Shown here: one piece after another, positions 23,934 to 32,165 of the stretch
Numbering within the stretch: position 1 is the first letter of the stretch
Layout: each line of letters begins with the position of its first letter
NCBI GenBank assembly: GCA_034408725.1
Contig: JAWXCN010000111.1
Coordinates: forward strand, 1 to 32,165
DNA: 32,165 bases
From: Candidatus Hydrogenedentota bacterium
GTDB taxonomy: Bacteria; Hydrogenedentota; Hydrogenedentia; Hydrogenedentales; SLHB01
Direction: 5' to 3'
Translations under genes and position numbers: made by a program
Notes under the pieces: generated by a model
What the model saw: the letters and a program-made list of their open reading frames with translations, nothing else
Database searches by the model: none
Told to the model about the DNA's origin: nothing

Positions 23934-26213
23934 CTATGTGCGGTCTCGCTGTTTTACGTTCCTTTTTTCACCTGACTGCCTGGCCCTGGCCTCCGGGGCC
24001 GGTTCCGGCTCTGCTGGCGGTTGCCCGCTCTCGACCTGTGCCTCTTCCGGGCGGGCCGTCGGTGATTCGACTCGCTGCGGGGATTGCGCCTCTGCCCGAT
24101 TGCGGGATTGTGCTCTGTCCACCTCGGGAGTGCTCTTTTTGATCGAGCGTTCGCGATTGGCGCGCGCCCGTAGATCGGACTCGCTGCGGGACCGAGCCGC
24201 CCGTTGTTGGGCTTGAGCCTTGGTCCGGGCCTGGCTATCCACTTCAGCTTTCGGTCGTACCTGTCGTTCCGCTTCGGTTCGTGACTGCGTACGCCGGTCC
24301 GCTTCGGCCCTCGCCTTTGCCTGGCGATCGGCATCTGATTTGGATCGCGCCTTTTGCTTGTTATCGGCCTTGACCTTTGCCTTCTGATCGGTGTCGGCCT
24401 TAATCCGGGCCTGACGCTCTGCCGGCGTTGTGTCTTGCTTCGCGCGTTCGGTTTCGCGCGCGGTCGCGTCCGGCTTCGTCTTTTGCTTCTGTTCCTTTAC
24501 CGCGGTGGGCGGCTGTTCCACTTGAGGCTGTTCCACTTGAGGCTGTTCCGTTTGCCGGGAGCGACGGACGCGATCGGCGTCCTCGGTTCGCGCATCGGGC
24601 CGCTGCTGTTTGTCCACCGACCGTTTGGGTTTATCCTTCGCAACAGGGTCAGTGAGATCGTCCCGCCGTTTTGCGCGCTGCTCGTCTCCTATGACAACTC
24701 CGTCGTCAGGAACGGGGCGCAGTGTTTCGTCCGTCCTCGACGAACGCTTTGCGACTTTTTCTTCCGCTGGTGTCCGGCTCGCTTGCCGTTGCTCGCGTTC
24801 GAGACGGACTTCCCGCGTTTTCGCGCGCCGTCCATCCGGGTCCGCGACCGTCGCCTGTTTGGGTATTTCGCCCTGTGCTGTCGCTTTGGCCTTTGGCTCT
24901 TGGCGTGTTTTCTGTTCAAGGTTCGTCGCAATCTGGTGTGCCGTCGCGTCGTTCCTCTTCGATCGTTCCAACCCGCGAATGACGCGGTCGGGCCGATGCT
25001 GATATTCGCGAATCTGATTGTCCTTGTACGGCACATTTACATGGTGAGACCGCCGGTCAGTTCCAATGTTCCAAATGTTTATGTTCGTTATATTGATATT
25101 TTGCACCACAACCGGACGCACCGGCGCGATGTACGATGGTCCGTAATACAACTGGTTCTGGGGAACAAACGAACTTGCCACCAGGCTAAAGAGCACGCCA
25201 GCGATGTTAAATGTTGCGGTATTGGTCACGAGCACCGGGCGGTTGTCGAACCCAACCGGTGTCCAAAGCATGTTATCGCCGTAACGAACGGACGCGACCC
25301 ATGCCGGCGACCATTGCCGATCATATTGCCAGACCCATCCGTAACGATGAATGTAGTTCCAGCGGCCGTAATGCGAAGTTACATACGAAAAAGGATCGTT
25401 GCCGACCCACACGCTTCCGACTGAGGGAACATAACTCCAATGCCCTTGCCTATATGGCACGTAATTGGACTCTACCGTTGGCCGCCAATAGGGGCGGTTT
25501 TCATGCGTGATCCAGTCGCCATAAGAGCTCAGGTCGGCGATGCCGATGGTATCGTTGGACACGGGAACAGTAGTTGGAATCCGGGAAACTCCCGTGACGA
25601 GGATTTGGGACCGTTCACGATTCCATGCGTCAAAATCATCTTCATACGCGGGATCAAACGATACGGATTCGGAAGGCAGATACCCGGGGTCAACATACAC
25701 GCGTTCACGATCGTAAACCGTTTGACCTCCTCCGCCTCCGGATTGCACGCGGGCTGAACCCCAGTGCACGCTGACAATAGTCGAGCCATCGCTCGCGATG
25801 TCAATCCGCGCGGCTGTATCGCGATCCACAAGTACACTGCCTGCCGGCGTTTGGATAATCACGTCGCCCGTGCTGCGGGAAATCCGGTGAACATAAAAGG
25901 AGCCCGTCGATGCGCGCAGTTCCACGGGCGACAGCGCGAAAATCACTGCCCGGCTGCCATCCGCCATGCGCACAAAGGTACCGCCCGCGAGTTCCATTTC
26001 CGCAGTGGCTCCCTGGTCTGCCCACAGCGTATCGCCAGGAAGAATGAGAGTATTTACGGTCGCGAAACTCCAGTCCGCGTCATCCGTGCCCCGCACCATC
26101 GTGCCGCCCGCATCGAAACTGATGCGCGCGTGCAGGTCTCCTTGTGCCCATGCGGGCGCCAGAAGCGCTGCGATGGCTAGCAGTATCACGGGAAACCGGA
26201 ATATTCGATTCAT
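23934..26213 (-). CDS. Secreted FecR-like + DUF6600 protein with long charged low-complexity tail
   Basis: AGGAGGAGG RBS, ATG 26213, signal peptide (APAWA|Q); DDFDAWNRER, DLSSYGDW, PYRQGHW, HYGRW, WSPAWV; C-terminal R/K/E/Q-rich region with QPQVE repeats (15-bp unit at 24511-24549). Confidence 0.88.
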   Translation of the reverse strand: MNRIFRFPVILLAIAALLAPAWAQGDLHARISFDAGGTMVRGTDDADWSFATVNTLILPGDTLWADQGATAEMELAGGTFVRMADGSRAVIFALSPVELRASTGSFYVHRISRSTGDVIIQTPAGSVLVDRDTAARIDIASDGSTIVSVHWGSARVQSGGGGGQTVYDRERVYVDPGYLPSESVSFDPAYEDDFDAWNRERSQILVTGVSRIPTTVPVSNDTIGIADLSSYGDWITHENRPYWRPTVESNYVPYRQGHWSYVPSVGSVWVGNDPFSYVTSHYGRWNYIHRYGWVWQYDRQWSPAWVASVRYGDNMLWTPVGFDNRPVLVTNTATFNIAGVLFSLVASSFVPQNQLYYGPSYIAPVRPVVVQNINITNINIWNIGTDRRSHHVNVPYKDNQIREYQHRPDRVIRGLERSKRNDATAHQIATNLEQKTRQEPKAKATAQGEIPKQATVADPDGRRAKTREVRLEREQRQASRTPAEEKVAKRSSRTDETLRPVPDDGVVIGDEQRAKRRDDLTDPVAKDKPKRSVDKQQRPDARTEDADRVRRSRQTEQPQVEQPQVEQPPTAVKEQKQKTKPDATARETERAKQDTTPAERQARIKADTDQKAKVKADNKQKARSKSDADRQAKARAEADRRTQSRTEAERQVRPKAEVDSQARTKAQAQQRAARSRSESDLRARANRERSIKKSTPEVDRAQSRNRAEAQSPQRVESPTARPEEAQVESGQPPAEPEPAPEARARQSGEKRNVKQRDRT

Positions 26214-26512
26214 TGCGAGTCCTCCTCCTAATGCAAAACGAGCGCATGGCTTACATGGCCGCGCGCGGTACGGTTTGTTCGTCAGAGAAAAAAACACCCG
26301 CGTCACCGCCGCTATGCCGCGTCGAATCACTTACGGGATTTGTCCTACGGTCAGCGAGGAAAAGCCCCCACATTGCCGTTGACGCCACTGGGGTTGTGTT
26401 TTGTTCAGAATTTGGCGGATTCATCAATATTCTCTGATTGGTTCATTCGCCGTGCGTGAACGTGAGTTCTGCCTGTCCAAACACGTATGCTCCTGGCAAT
26501 GTTTAAGGATCG

Positions 26513-29359
26513 GTGATTTCAGCAATGCATCAAGATTTTTCCACTGCCACGCAACGCGCTGGCCGAACCATCATGGGCCTGTTCCTTTTCCTGCTGCCGC
26601 TGGCGATATATCCGTTTTCCGCATTGCCAACGGTGGATATCAAGTGGTTGCTGATCGGAATCGCCGGGCTTGCGTCCGCCACACTTTCGGGAGTTGCGCC
26701 GCAAGCCGGACGAGGACTTACGTTGTTAAGACTGCCCACGCTGGCCCTGGCGGGGATGGTTACATGGGCCTTGATTGGGGGCTTATGGGCCGCAAACCGC
26801 GGCCTCGTGCTGGTCGAATCCACGCGGCTCCTTTCCTACGTGTTGTTGTTCGCGTCAGCGTCAGCGGTATTCAGCATGCCGCGGCACGTGGAACGGGCAC
26901 TGATATGCTTCGTAAGCGCGATGGCCGTGGTTTCGCTCTATGGCTTCGTGCAATGGGCCGGATACGATCCCCTGCCTTGGGACCCGTCGGTTATGGATAC
27001 CAATGAATACCGCCATCTCCCATCGACATTGGGGAATCCCAACATCGCGGGGCACGCACTTGTTCTATCGATAATCTCGGCAGTTTCGCTCGCCATTGTG
27101 CGACGCAAATGGTGGTTGTTGGGCTTTGCCGCGTTGAACGTTGCGCACCTCGTGCTGACCCGTCATCGCGCCGGCATTGCCGCACTCATTGCCGCCGCGA
27201 TATTGGCAATTGTCATGGTGCGGGTTTCACGCATGACTGGCGCGTCCCGTACGAAGGCGATTCGCGCTCTTTTCATAACCGTAGCCTCTGGCGCACTTGG
27301 AATAGTTGGCTTGCTTACCGTTCACTACGCGCTGTACGGCAGCGTTGTCCCAAGTGAACAATCCCTCCTGCTTCGCATCAATTCCATTTACGGAAGCGCA
27401 CGCATGGCAATGGAGAATCCCGTTTTTGGGTTTGGACTGGGCAACTACGAAATCGCCAACGTTCCGTTTTGGACGCCATTTGAACAAGAAACCTTTGTGC
27501 GGGCAGGGAGATACAACACCCACGCGCACAATGAATATGCGAATTTCGCGGCGGAAACAGGTTTCCCCACCGCGCTGCTATACATGCTATTTCTATTCTC
27601 GGTGTTGTTTCGCGGTTTGGGCGCGGCGATGTCCACGGCCAATGGTGAGCGTCGCGGCACGGGGGTAATTTGCGCCATCCTCGCGTTCGCATTCGCGATC
27701 GACAGCCTCTTCGGGTTCAACTTCCGCGCGCCCGTTTCCGGGGCGTGCATGGCGATTATTGCTGGCGCGTGCGAAGGCGTGCTCGGGCCTCAGCGTGTAT
27801 CTTCGACGGCCGGACGTCGCGTGACGTGGGTTGCTTGCGTGGGCGCTGGCGCGGCATGCGCCGTGCTTGGCTGCATGACCTTCGTTTCGCAGCGGGAACT
27901 GTTGCGGGCAAAGGGCGCCATGCTATGGGACCAGCCGGCGGAAGCTTTGCACCATATCCAGCGCGGCGCGCGGCGCGCCCCGTGGAACTGGGAGTTCCCC
28001 CTCGCATTGGCAAACGACCAAATGCGGCGCGGCGAATGGGCCGATGCCATTTACTCGTATGTCCGCGCACAAAAGCTGCATCTCTATTCGCTGGGAACGA
28101 TCATGGGATTGGCCCGTGCGGAGACCGTGGGCGCTGGCACGCTCTGGTCAGCCGACCGCGCTGCCGCGGTATCGCGCGCGGAAGGATATTTGCGCGAAGC
28201 GGAAACGCTGTGCCCCGCCTTGCCGGACATTGAGGAAGTGCGGGGCAATTGCGCGATGGTGCTGGCGATGGATTCCCGAAGCGAATCGCGAGTTGCGTTG
28301 TTGGAGTCAGCGCGCGATCACTTTCTCAACGCAATTGCCGATGGCACTGCTGACCGCGCTAAACTGTATCATCTAACCGCGATCACGACGCTCGAATTGG
28401 GCGACGCAGCGTCCGCGCTGGAATACCTCATTCGCGCCGTGGAAGACCCGGCAGCGCGTGAGCCGGTAATGGAGGCGTTCGTCTCGCTTGTTGAACAGCA
28501 AGGTAAACTTGACGTTGCGGACAGCGTCCTTGCCGCAGTGCGCACGCGGCTTGCGCGACAACCCAATGCAGGGACGCACTATCGCGCGCTCATCAGTTCC
28601 ACCCTGGGCATGGTGCGGGCGATGGGGGGCGCGGACGCTGAAGAGGTGCTCCCGTTATTTGAGGAAAGCGTCGCTGCATATCCCTTGCTCACGCGGACCT
28701 GGGAAGTATATTACCGCGTCGCCGAATCGCATGGCGCGGTTGATCGGTTCAAAGCTGCGTTCATCCGCGCGATGGCAGACATACGCACAACAACGCAATC
28801 GGTTCCCGTCGCCTGTCTGGCCGTCTCACGGGTCTGGATCGTGTCCCCTCCTGATACCGGGGGCGCGCTGGACATGCTTGCAAACTCACTCGCGTCCACG
28901 GATGCGTACCGGCCCGACACCCGCAACGCGCACCTTGCGTGGGCAGCGCACATCGTAAGCCAGAGCATTCCCGGAACTGCCGCGCCAAGCCTGACGATAA
29001 ACGCCGGAATCGTACTCGCAAGAACTGGCCGGCACGTCGACGCTTTACAGATGTTTGACGCCGTGGGCCCGAATTTACAGCCGGTGGCTGCACAGGCGGT
29101 ACTCCGTGAACGCATCTATTCGCTCCTCGCGCTGGGAAAAGCTGTCGAGGCCGAAGACCTCGTGAGGAGCGCATTGCGCATAGCGCCCGGCGACCCTGAC
29201 CTTGCACTGGCGCTTCCCCGCATATTAGCGAAGCAAGGCCGTTTGAAAGAGGCCCAGTTTGAGTACGAGCTGCTGGCGGCTTCTGTCGATCCCAATAGCC
29301 CGTTGCGCGCGAGCATCGATGCAGACCTCAAAGACCTCCAATCTTTGAAAACTCCTTAG
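26513..29359 (+). CDS. O-antigen ligase/Wzy_C-like membrane protein with C-terminal TPR-like repeats
   Basis: About 12 TM helices; STLGNPNIAG, RAG, NPVFGFGLGNY, HAHNEYANFAAETG; helical TPR-like C-terminal half. Exact start uncertain (26513, 26525 or 26573). Confidence 0.88.
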   Translation: MISAMHQDFSTATQRAGRTIMGLFLFLLPLAIYPFSALPTVDIKWLLIGIAGLASATLSGVAPQAGRGLTLLRLPTLALAGMVTWALIGGLWAANRGLVLVESTRLLSYVLLFASASAVFSMPRHVERALICFVSAMAVVSLYGFVQWAGYDPLPWDPSVMDTNEYRHLPSTLGNPNIAGHALVLSIISAVSLAIVRRKWWLLGFAALNVAHLVLTRHRAGIAALIAAAILAIVMVRVSRMTGASRTKAIRALFITVASGALGIVGLLTVHYALYGSVVPSEQSLLLRINSIYGSARMAMENPVFGFGLGNYEIANVPFWTPFEQETFVRAGRYNTHAHNEYANFAAETGFPTALLYMLFLFSVLFRGLGAAMSTANGERRGTGVICAILAFAFAIDSLFGFNFRAPVSGACMAIIAGACEGVLGPQRVSSTAGRRVTWVACVGAGAACAVLGCMTFVSQRELLRAKGAMLWDQPAEALHHIQRGARRAPWNWEFPLALANDQMRRGEWADAIYSYVRAQKLHLYSLGTIMGLARAETVGAGTLWSADRAAAVSRAEGYLREAETLCPALPDIEEVRGNCAMVLAMDSRSESRVALLESARDHFLNAIADGTADRAKLYHLTAITTLELGDAASALEYLIRAVEDPAAREPVMEAFVSLVEQQGKLDVADSVLAAVRTRLARQPNAGTHYRALISSTLGMVRAMGGADAEEVLPLFEESVAAYPLLTRTWEVYYRVAESHGAVDRFKAAFIRAMADIRTTTQSVPVACLAVSRVWIVSPPDTGGALDMLANSLASTDAYRPDTRNAHLAWAAHIVSQSIPGTAAPSLTINAGIVLARTGRHVDALQMFDAVGPNLQPVAAQAVLRERIYSLLALGKAVEAEDLVRSALRIAPGDPDLALALPRILAKQGRLKEAQFEYELLAASVDPNSPLRASIDADLKDLQSLKTP

Positions 29360-29480
29360 CGCGGGATGTCAACACCGCGCCTCGTTCAAGCGTTCGCCAC
29401 ATGGACATCCGGGCATTCGCGGGATATGCTTGGTCAAAGTTTTCTCAATTTCCTATAGGTATGCGAGGGACAGAGTAGTG

Positions 29481-30653
29481 ATGCGTCGTTTTACGGCCGG
29501 GTGTTCGGGTTTTGCGATGGTGGCCTTTGCGGGCTGTTATGGTCCGGACACAGATGGTGTTGTCCCAGTTGACCCGGCGCAGGGAAATAGGCCGGGAGAA
29601 TCCGCGGGCATGATCGCGTTTGCGCCGATCCCTGTTCCCTATTTGGGCAAGGGTGAGTTCTGGGGCCGCGAGCTTCTCGCTGACAGCTTGTTTAGCGAGT
29701 ACGCGCCGGACCCGGAAGCCGGCTTAACCGCGGTGTCCGGCGGATGGCGCGCCTTTCCCGCTGATGCGGCCGCAACGGCGATCACCCATAAACCCGCCGA
29801 TGATGAGCAGGGCCGGTATATGCTGGAGTTCGCAGCATCAAGCGCGGCAATGTACGTTGCGCAAACGACCGTTCCCCTTGATGTTTCCGTCCCTGACGCA
29901 TGGATTACAGGCACGATGGAGGCGCGCGCGACCGCTGCAAATGAATTGGGCTTGACGGTCGGTTTTGATCACAATGGCACGCCGGTCACTGTAGGCGCTT
30001 CACATCCCGGCGACGGCTCGTGGCAAACAGTCTCGTGCGCCGTGCCGCTGTTGATACCTCATGCAGGTCTGCGCTTGACCGCGAGCGTCACCAAACGCGG
30101 TGCGGCGCCATCCGATGCCGCGGTAAAACGGGTCTCGTTGCGCGTGGTAAATCAGAAGCCCGCGGAATTGCAGTCCAACAATATTCTGCTGAATGGATCG
30201 TTCGAAGACTACGCTTTTACCGGAAGTTTCTATCCGTGGTTCGCGCGGCGCTGGGGTGGCGAGGAAGGTGACGCCACCATGATGGCGGGCGGCGCAAACC
30301 ACGTCATCCAGTTGTCCGAGCCGCCGCCCAGCGGCGGCGTTGCGTTGACGCAGCGCGTGCTTGGTCTGACGGACGCGGATAGAGGGCGAACGTTGACGGC
30401 TACCGCCGAAGGCACTGCGAGTGGAAAAACAGAATTGATTCTGTCAATCCGATGCACGAAGGACGGAGAGTCCTGGATGGAATATACCAAACTCATCGCG
30501 CATCCCGGTGCCGGCCAGCAAAGCACCATGACGGTGTCAACGTCACTGCCAACTGACCGCATGCCGGACGAAGTGTTTATTGATGTCTACCGCAAGCGAG
30601 TCACAGGCAACCCCGTGATATTTGACAACGTGACGTTGGGCTTTGCGCCTTAA
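29481..30653 (+). CDS. Putative lipoprotein with two beta-sandwich (carbohydrate-binding-like) repeats
   Basis: MRRFTAG...VAFAGC lipobox; ELLADSLFSE / NILLNGSFED and HPGDGSWQTVS / HPGAGQQSTMT internal duplication; ends IFDNVTL. Confidence 0.7.
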   Translation: MRRFTAGCSGFAMVAFAGCYGPDTDGVVPVDPAQGNRPGESAGMIAFAPIPVPYLGKGEFWGRELLADSLFSEYAPDPEAGLTAVSGGWRAFPADAAATAITHKPADDEQGRYMLEFAASSAAMYVAQTTVPLDVSVPDAWITGTMEARATAANELGLTVGFDHNGTPVTVGASHPGDGSWQTVSCAVPLLIPHAGLRLTASVTKRGAAPSDAAVKRVSLRVVNQKPAELQSNNILLNGSFEDYAFTGSFYPWFARRWGGEEGDATMMAGGANHVIQLSEPPPSGGVALTQRVLGLTDADRGRTLTATAEGTASGKTELILSIRCTKDGESWMEYTKLIAHPGAGQQSTMTVSTSLPTDRMPDEVFIDVYRKRVTGNPVIFDNVTLGFAP

Positions 30654-30665
30654 CTGGACAGACCA

Positions 30666-31721
30666 ATGGCCGATCCCGCATCGATCCGAATCGCGCAAGC
30701 GTTGTATTTCTTGTTTGTTGCGACTTGCGCGGGCGCAAATGGGACCTGGGAACCGCGCGCGCCGCTCAATCAGCAGCGGCAGGAAACAGGCGCCGCAGTA
30801 GTTGACGGAACCGTGTTTGTCATCGGAGGGCTCGTGGCCGGTGGCCCGAACCAAAATACGGCAACCGTCGAGGCGTATTCGATTGTCGCGGACGAATGGG
30901 ATTTCGTCGCGCCACTGCCGTTTGGCGTGGACCACATGGCCTGTGCGTCGGTCAACGGAATTGTCTACAGCATCGGCGGCTTTGATGTCGCTCGGACTCG
31001 CCGCGCCGAGGCGTTTGCCTACAACCCCGCGCTCAATGCCTGGTCTGCCATTTCCTCAATGCCAGAGCCGCGCGCCGGTTGCTGGGCCGCTTCTTACGAA
31101 AACAGAATCTACGTATTCGGGGGCGTGAATGCCGCGAACGTGGCGACAGCGACGACATTTATTTACGACACCGTCACGGACGAATGGACGCGTGGAGAAG
31201 ACATGCCGACTCCGCGAGAACATTTGATGGCGGTGACGCTGGGAAGTCACATCTATGTTGTCGGCGGGCGCGCCGGGGGAGCTTCCACCGCTGCCAATGA
31301 GCGGTACAATCCGCGCAACGGGCGCTGGCGTACGCTGGCGCCTATGCCGACAGCCCGCGCCGCGGCTTTCATGGGTTCGGTCGACGGGGTCCGCTTGTTT
31401 GTGGCGGGGGGCGAAACTCCTCAGCTATTCGCGGTAAACGAAGTCTATGACGTCCGGCGCGATGCTTGGCACACGGATTCGCCGATGGCAGTGCCCCGGC
31501 ATGGGCTCGCGGGGATCGCCATTCCGGGCGGCATTCTCGCGCCCGGTGGCGGAATCATTCAGGGACTGCAAGCGACCGCGCACGTAGATGTTTTTGTGCC
31601 GGGAGAACCTTCGGTGCCGGCGGCGTCAAAGACGGCGTTAATTGCTACGGCCGCGCTCATCGCGTGCGCAACATTATGCTACCGGCGCGCAGTCCGAATG
31701 CGCGCTTCCAAGTCTTCGTGA
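30666..31721 (+). CDS. Kelch-repeat beta-propeller protein with C-terminal TM/basic sorting-like tail
   Basis: Six Kelch repeats (VFVIGG, VYSIGG, IYVFGG, IYVVGG, LFVAGG, ILAPGG with Y..W..MP); tail VPAASKTALIATAALIACATLCYRR. Confidence 0.92.
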   Translation: MADPASIRIAQALYFLFVATCAGANGTWEPRAPLNQQRQETGAAVVDGTVFVIGGLVAGGPNQNTATVEAYSIVADEWDFVAPLPFGVDHMACASVNGIVYSIGGFDVARTRRAEAFAYNPALNAWSAISSMPEPRAGCWAASYENRIYVFGGVNAANVATATTFIYDTVTDEWTRGEDMPTPREHLMAVTLGSHIYVVGGRAGGASTAANERYNPRNGRWRTLAPMPTARAAAFMGSVDGVRLFVAGGETPQLFAVNEVYDVRRDAWHTDSPMAVPRHGLAGIAIPGGILAPGGGIIQGLQATAHVDVFVPGEPSVPAASKTALIATAALIACATLCYRRAVRMRASKSS

Positions 31722-32165
31722 ATGTGTTCCCATCGCACATGGCGTTCGGCGCGCAGTTCAGCAATTTCCCGCCTGTAGCGGTCATACTCCTTCATCACGC
31801 CGCGAATGGCTTGCACAATTCCTTCGGGCGTGTTGTCGCAGTGCACGGTTCCCTTGTAAAAAATGCGGCGCAACACCGCGAAGTCCGAGGTGATCAATGG
31901 CCGCTTCACGGTAATTGCCTCGCTGCCGCCGCGTTGCATTGTGAAATCGTTCGTGGTCAACACCAGGACGGCCGACGCGCTCCGCAGCAGGCCGGCATAA
32001 TCGTCATTGTTGAGGAATCCGGTGAACGCGACGTTGTCCGGTTTGTTGTCTAATACCGTGCGCGGCGCTTTCTTCATGTTTCCCGTGACGTAGAACCGCA
32101 CTTCCGGCAGCGCGTGCGCGGCCTGCATAATCTCAGCCACGGGCTCGTCCGCGTCAAAACTGCAC
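31679..32165 (-). CDS. GT-B (family 4-like) glycosyltransferase, C-terminal part (partial)
   Basis: DNVAFTGFL..DDYAGLLRSASAVLVLTT...EAITVKRPLITSD; frame runs off the right edge. Confidence 0.85.
   Translation of the reverse strand, partial: CSFDADEPVAEIMQAAHALPEVRFYVTGNMKKAPRTVLDNKPDNVAFTGFLNNDDYAGLLRSASAVLVLTTNDFTMQRGGSEAITVKRPLITSDFAVLRRIFYKGTVHCDNTPEGIVQAIRGVMKEYDRYRREIAELRAERHVRWEHIHEDLEARIRTARR

Overview
Bacterial chromosomal window, roughly 60% GC by eye; gene content and repeat style suggest a poorly characterised lineage such as Hydrogenedentes or Planctomycetes-like (inference only). Left arm (1-7300): cupin, GNAT acetyltransferase, ThDP enzyme, SGNH esterase, vWA-OmpA lipoprotein and a decayed membrane-protein gene. 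Centre (7300-14600): orphan HicB-like gene, an AT-richer block with a 1243-aa fused nuclease-N6-methyltransferase (type IIG/IIL-like R-M) plus an unknown Cys-rich ORF, and a solo HGGxSTG-like/'NARxHGLYS' gene. Right arm: ArsR-SRPBCC operon, two DUF6599-like genes, two twin-arginine aldo/keto reductases, DUF362, a NapH/NapG-like polyferredoxin, an orphan RHH antitoxin with a toxin remnant, FecR/DUF6600 protein, O-antigen-ligase/TPR protein, lipoprotein, Kelch protein and a partial GT4. The most unexplained structure is non-coding. A roughly 130-240 bp heptamer-flanked element occurs three times, dense clusters of 7/9/10-mer tandem repeats and REP-like hairpins fill several intergenic gaps, and a sharp C-rich to G-rich strand switch lies inside the HGGxSTG-like gene, across which the element's orientation also flips. 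No rRNA, tRNA, CRISPR array, integrase or transposase was recognised.
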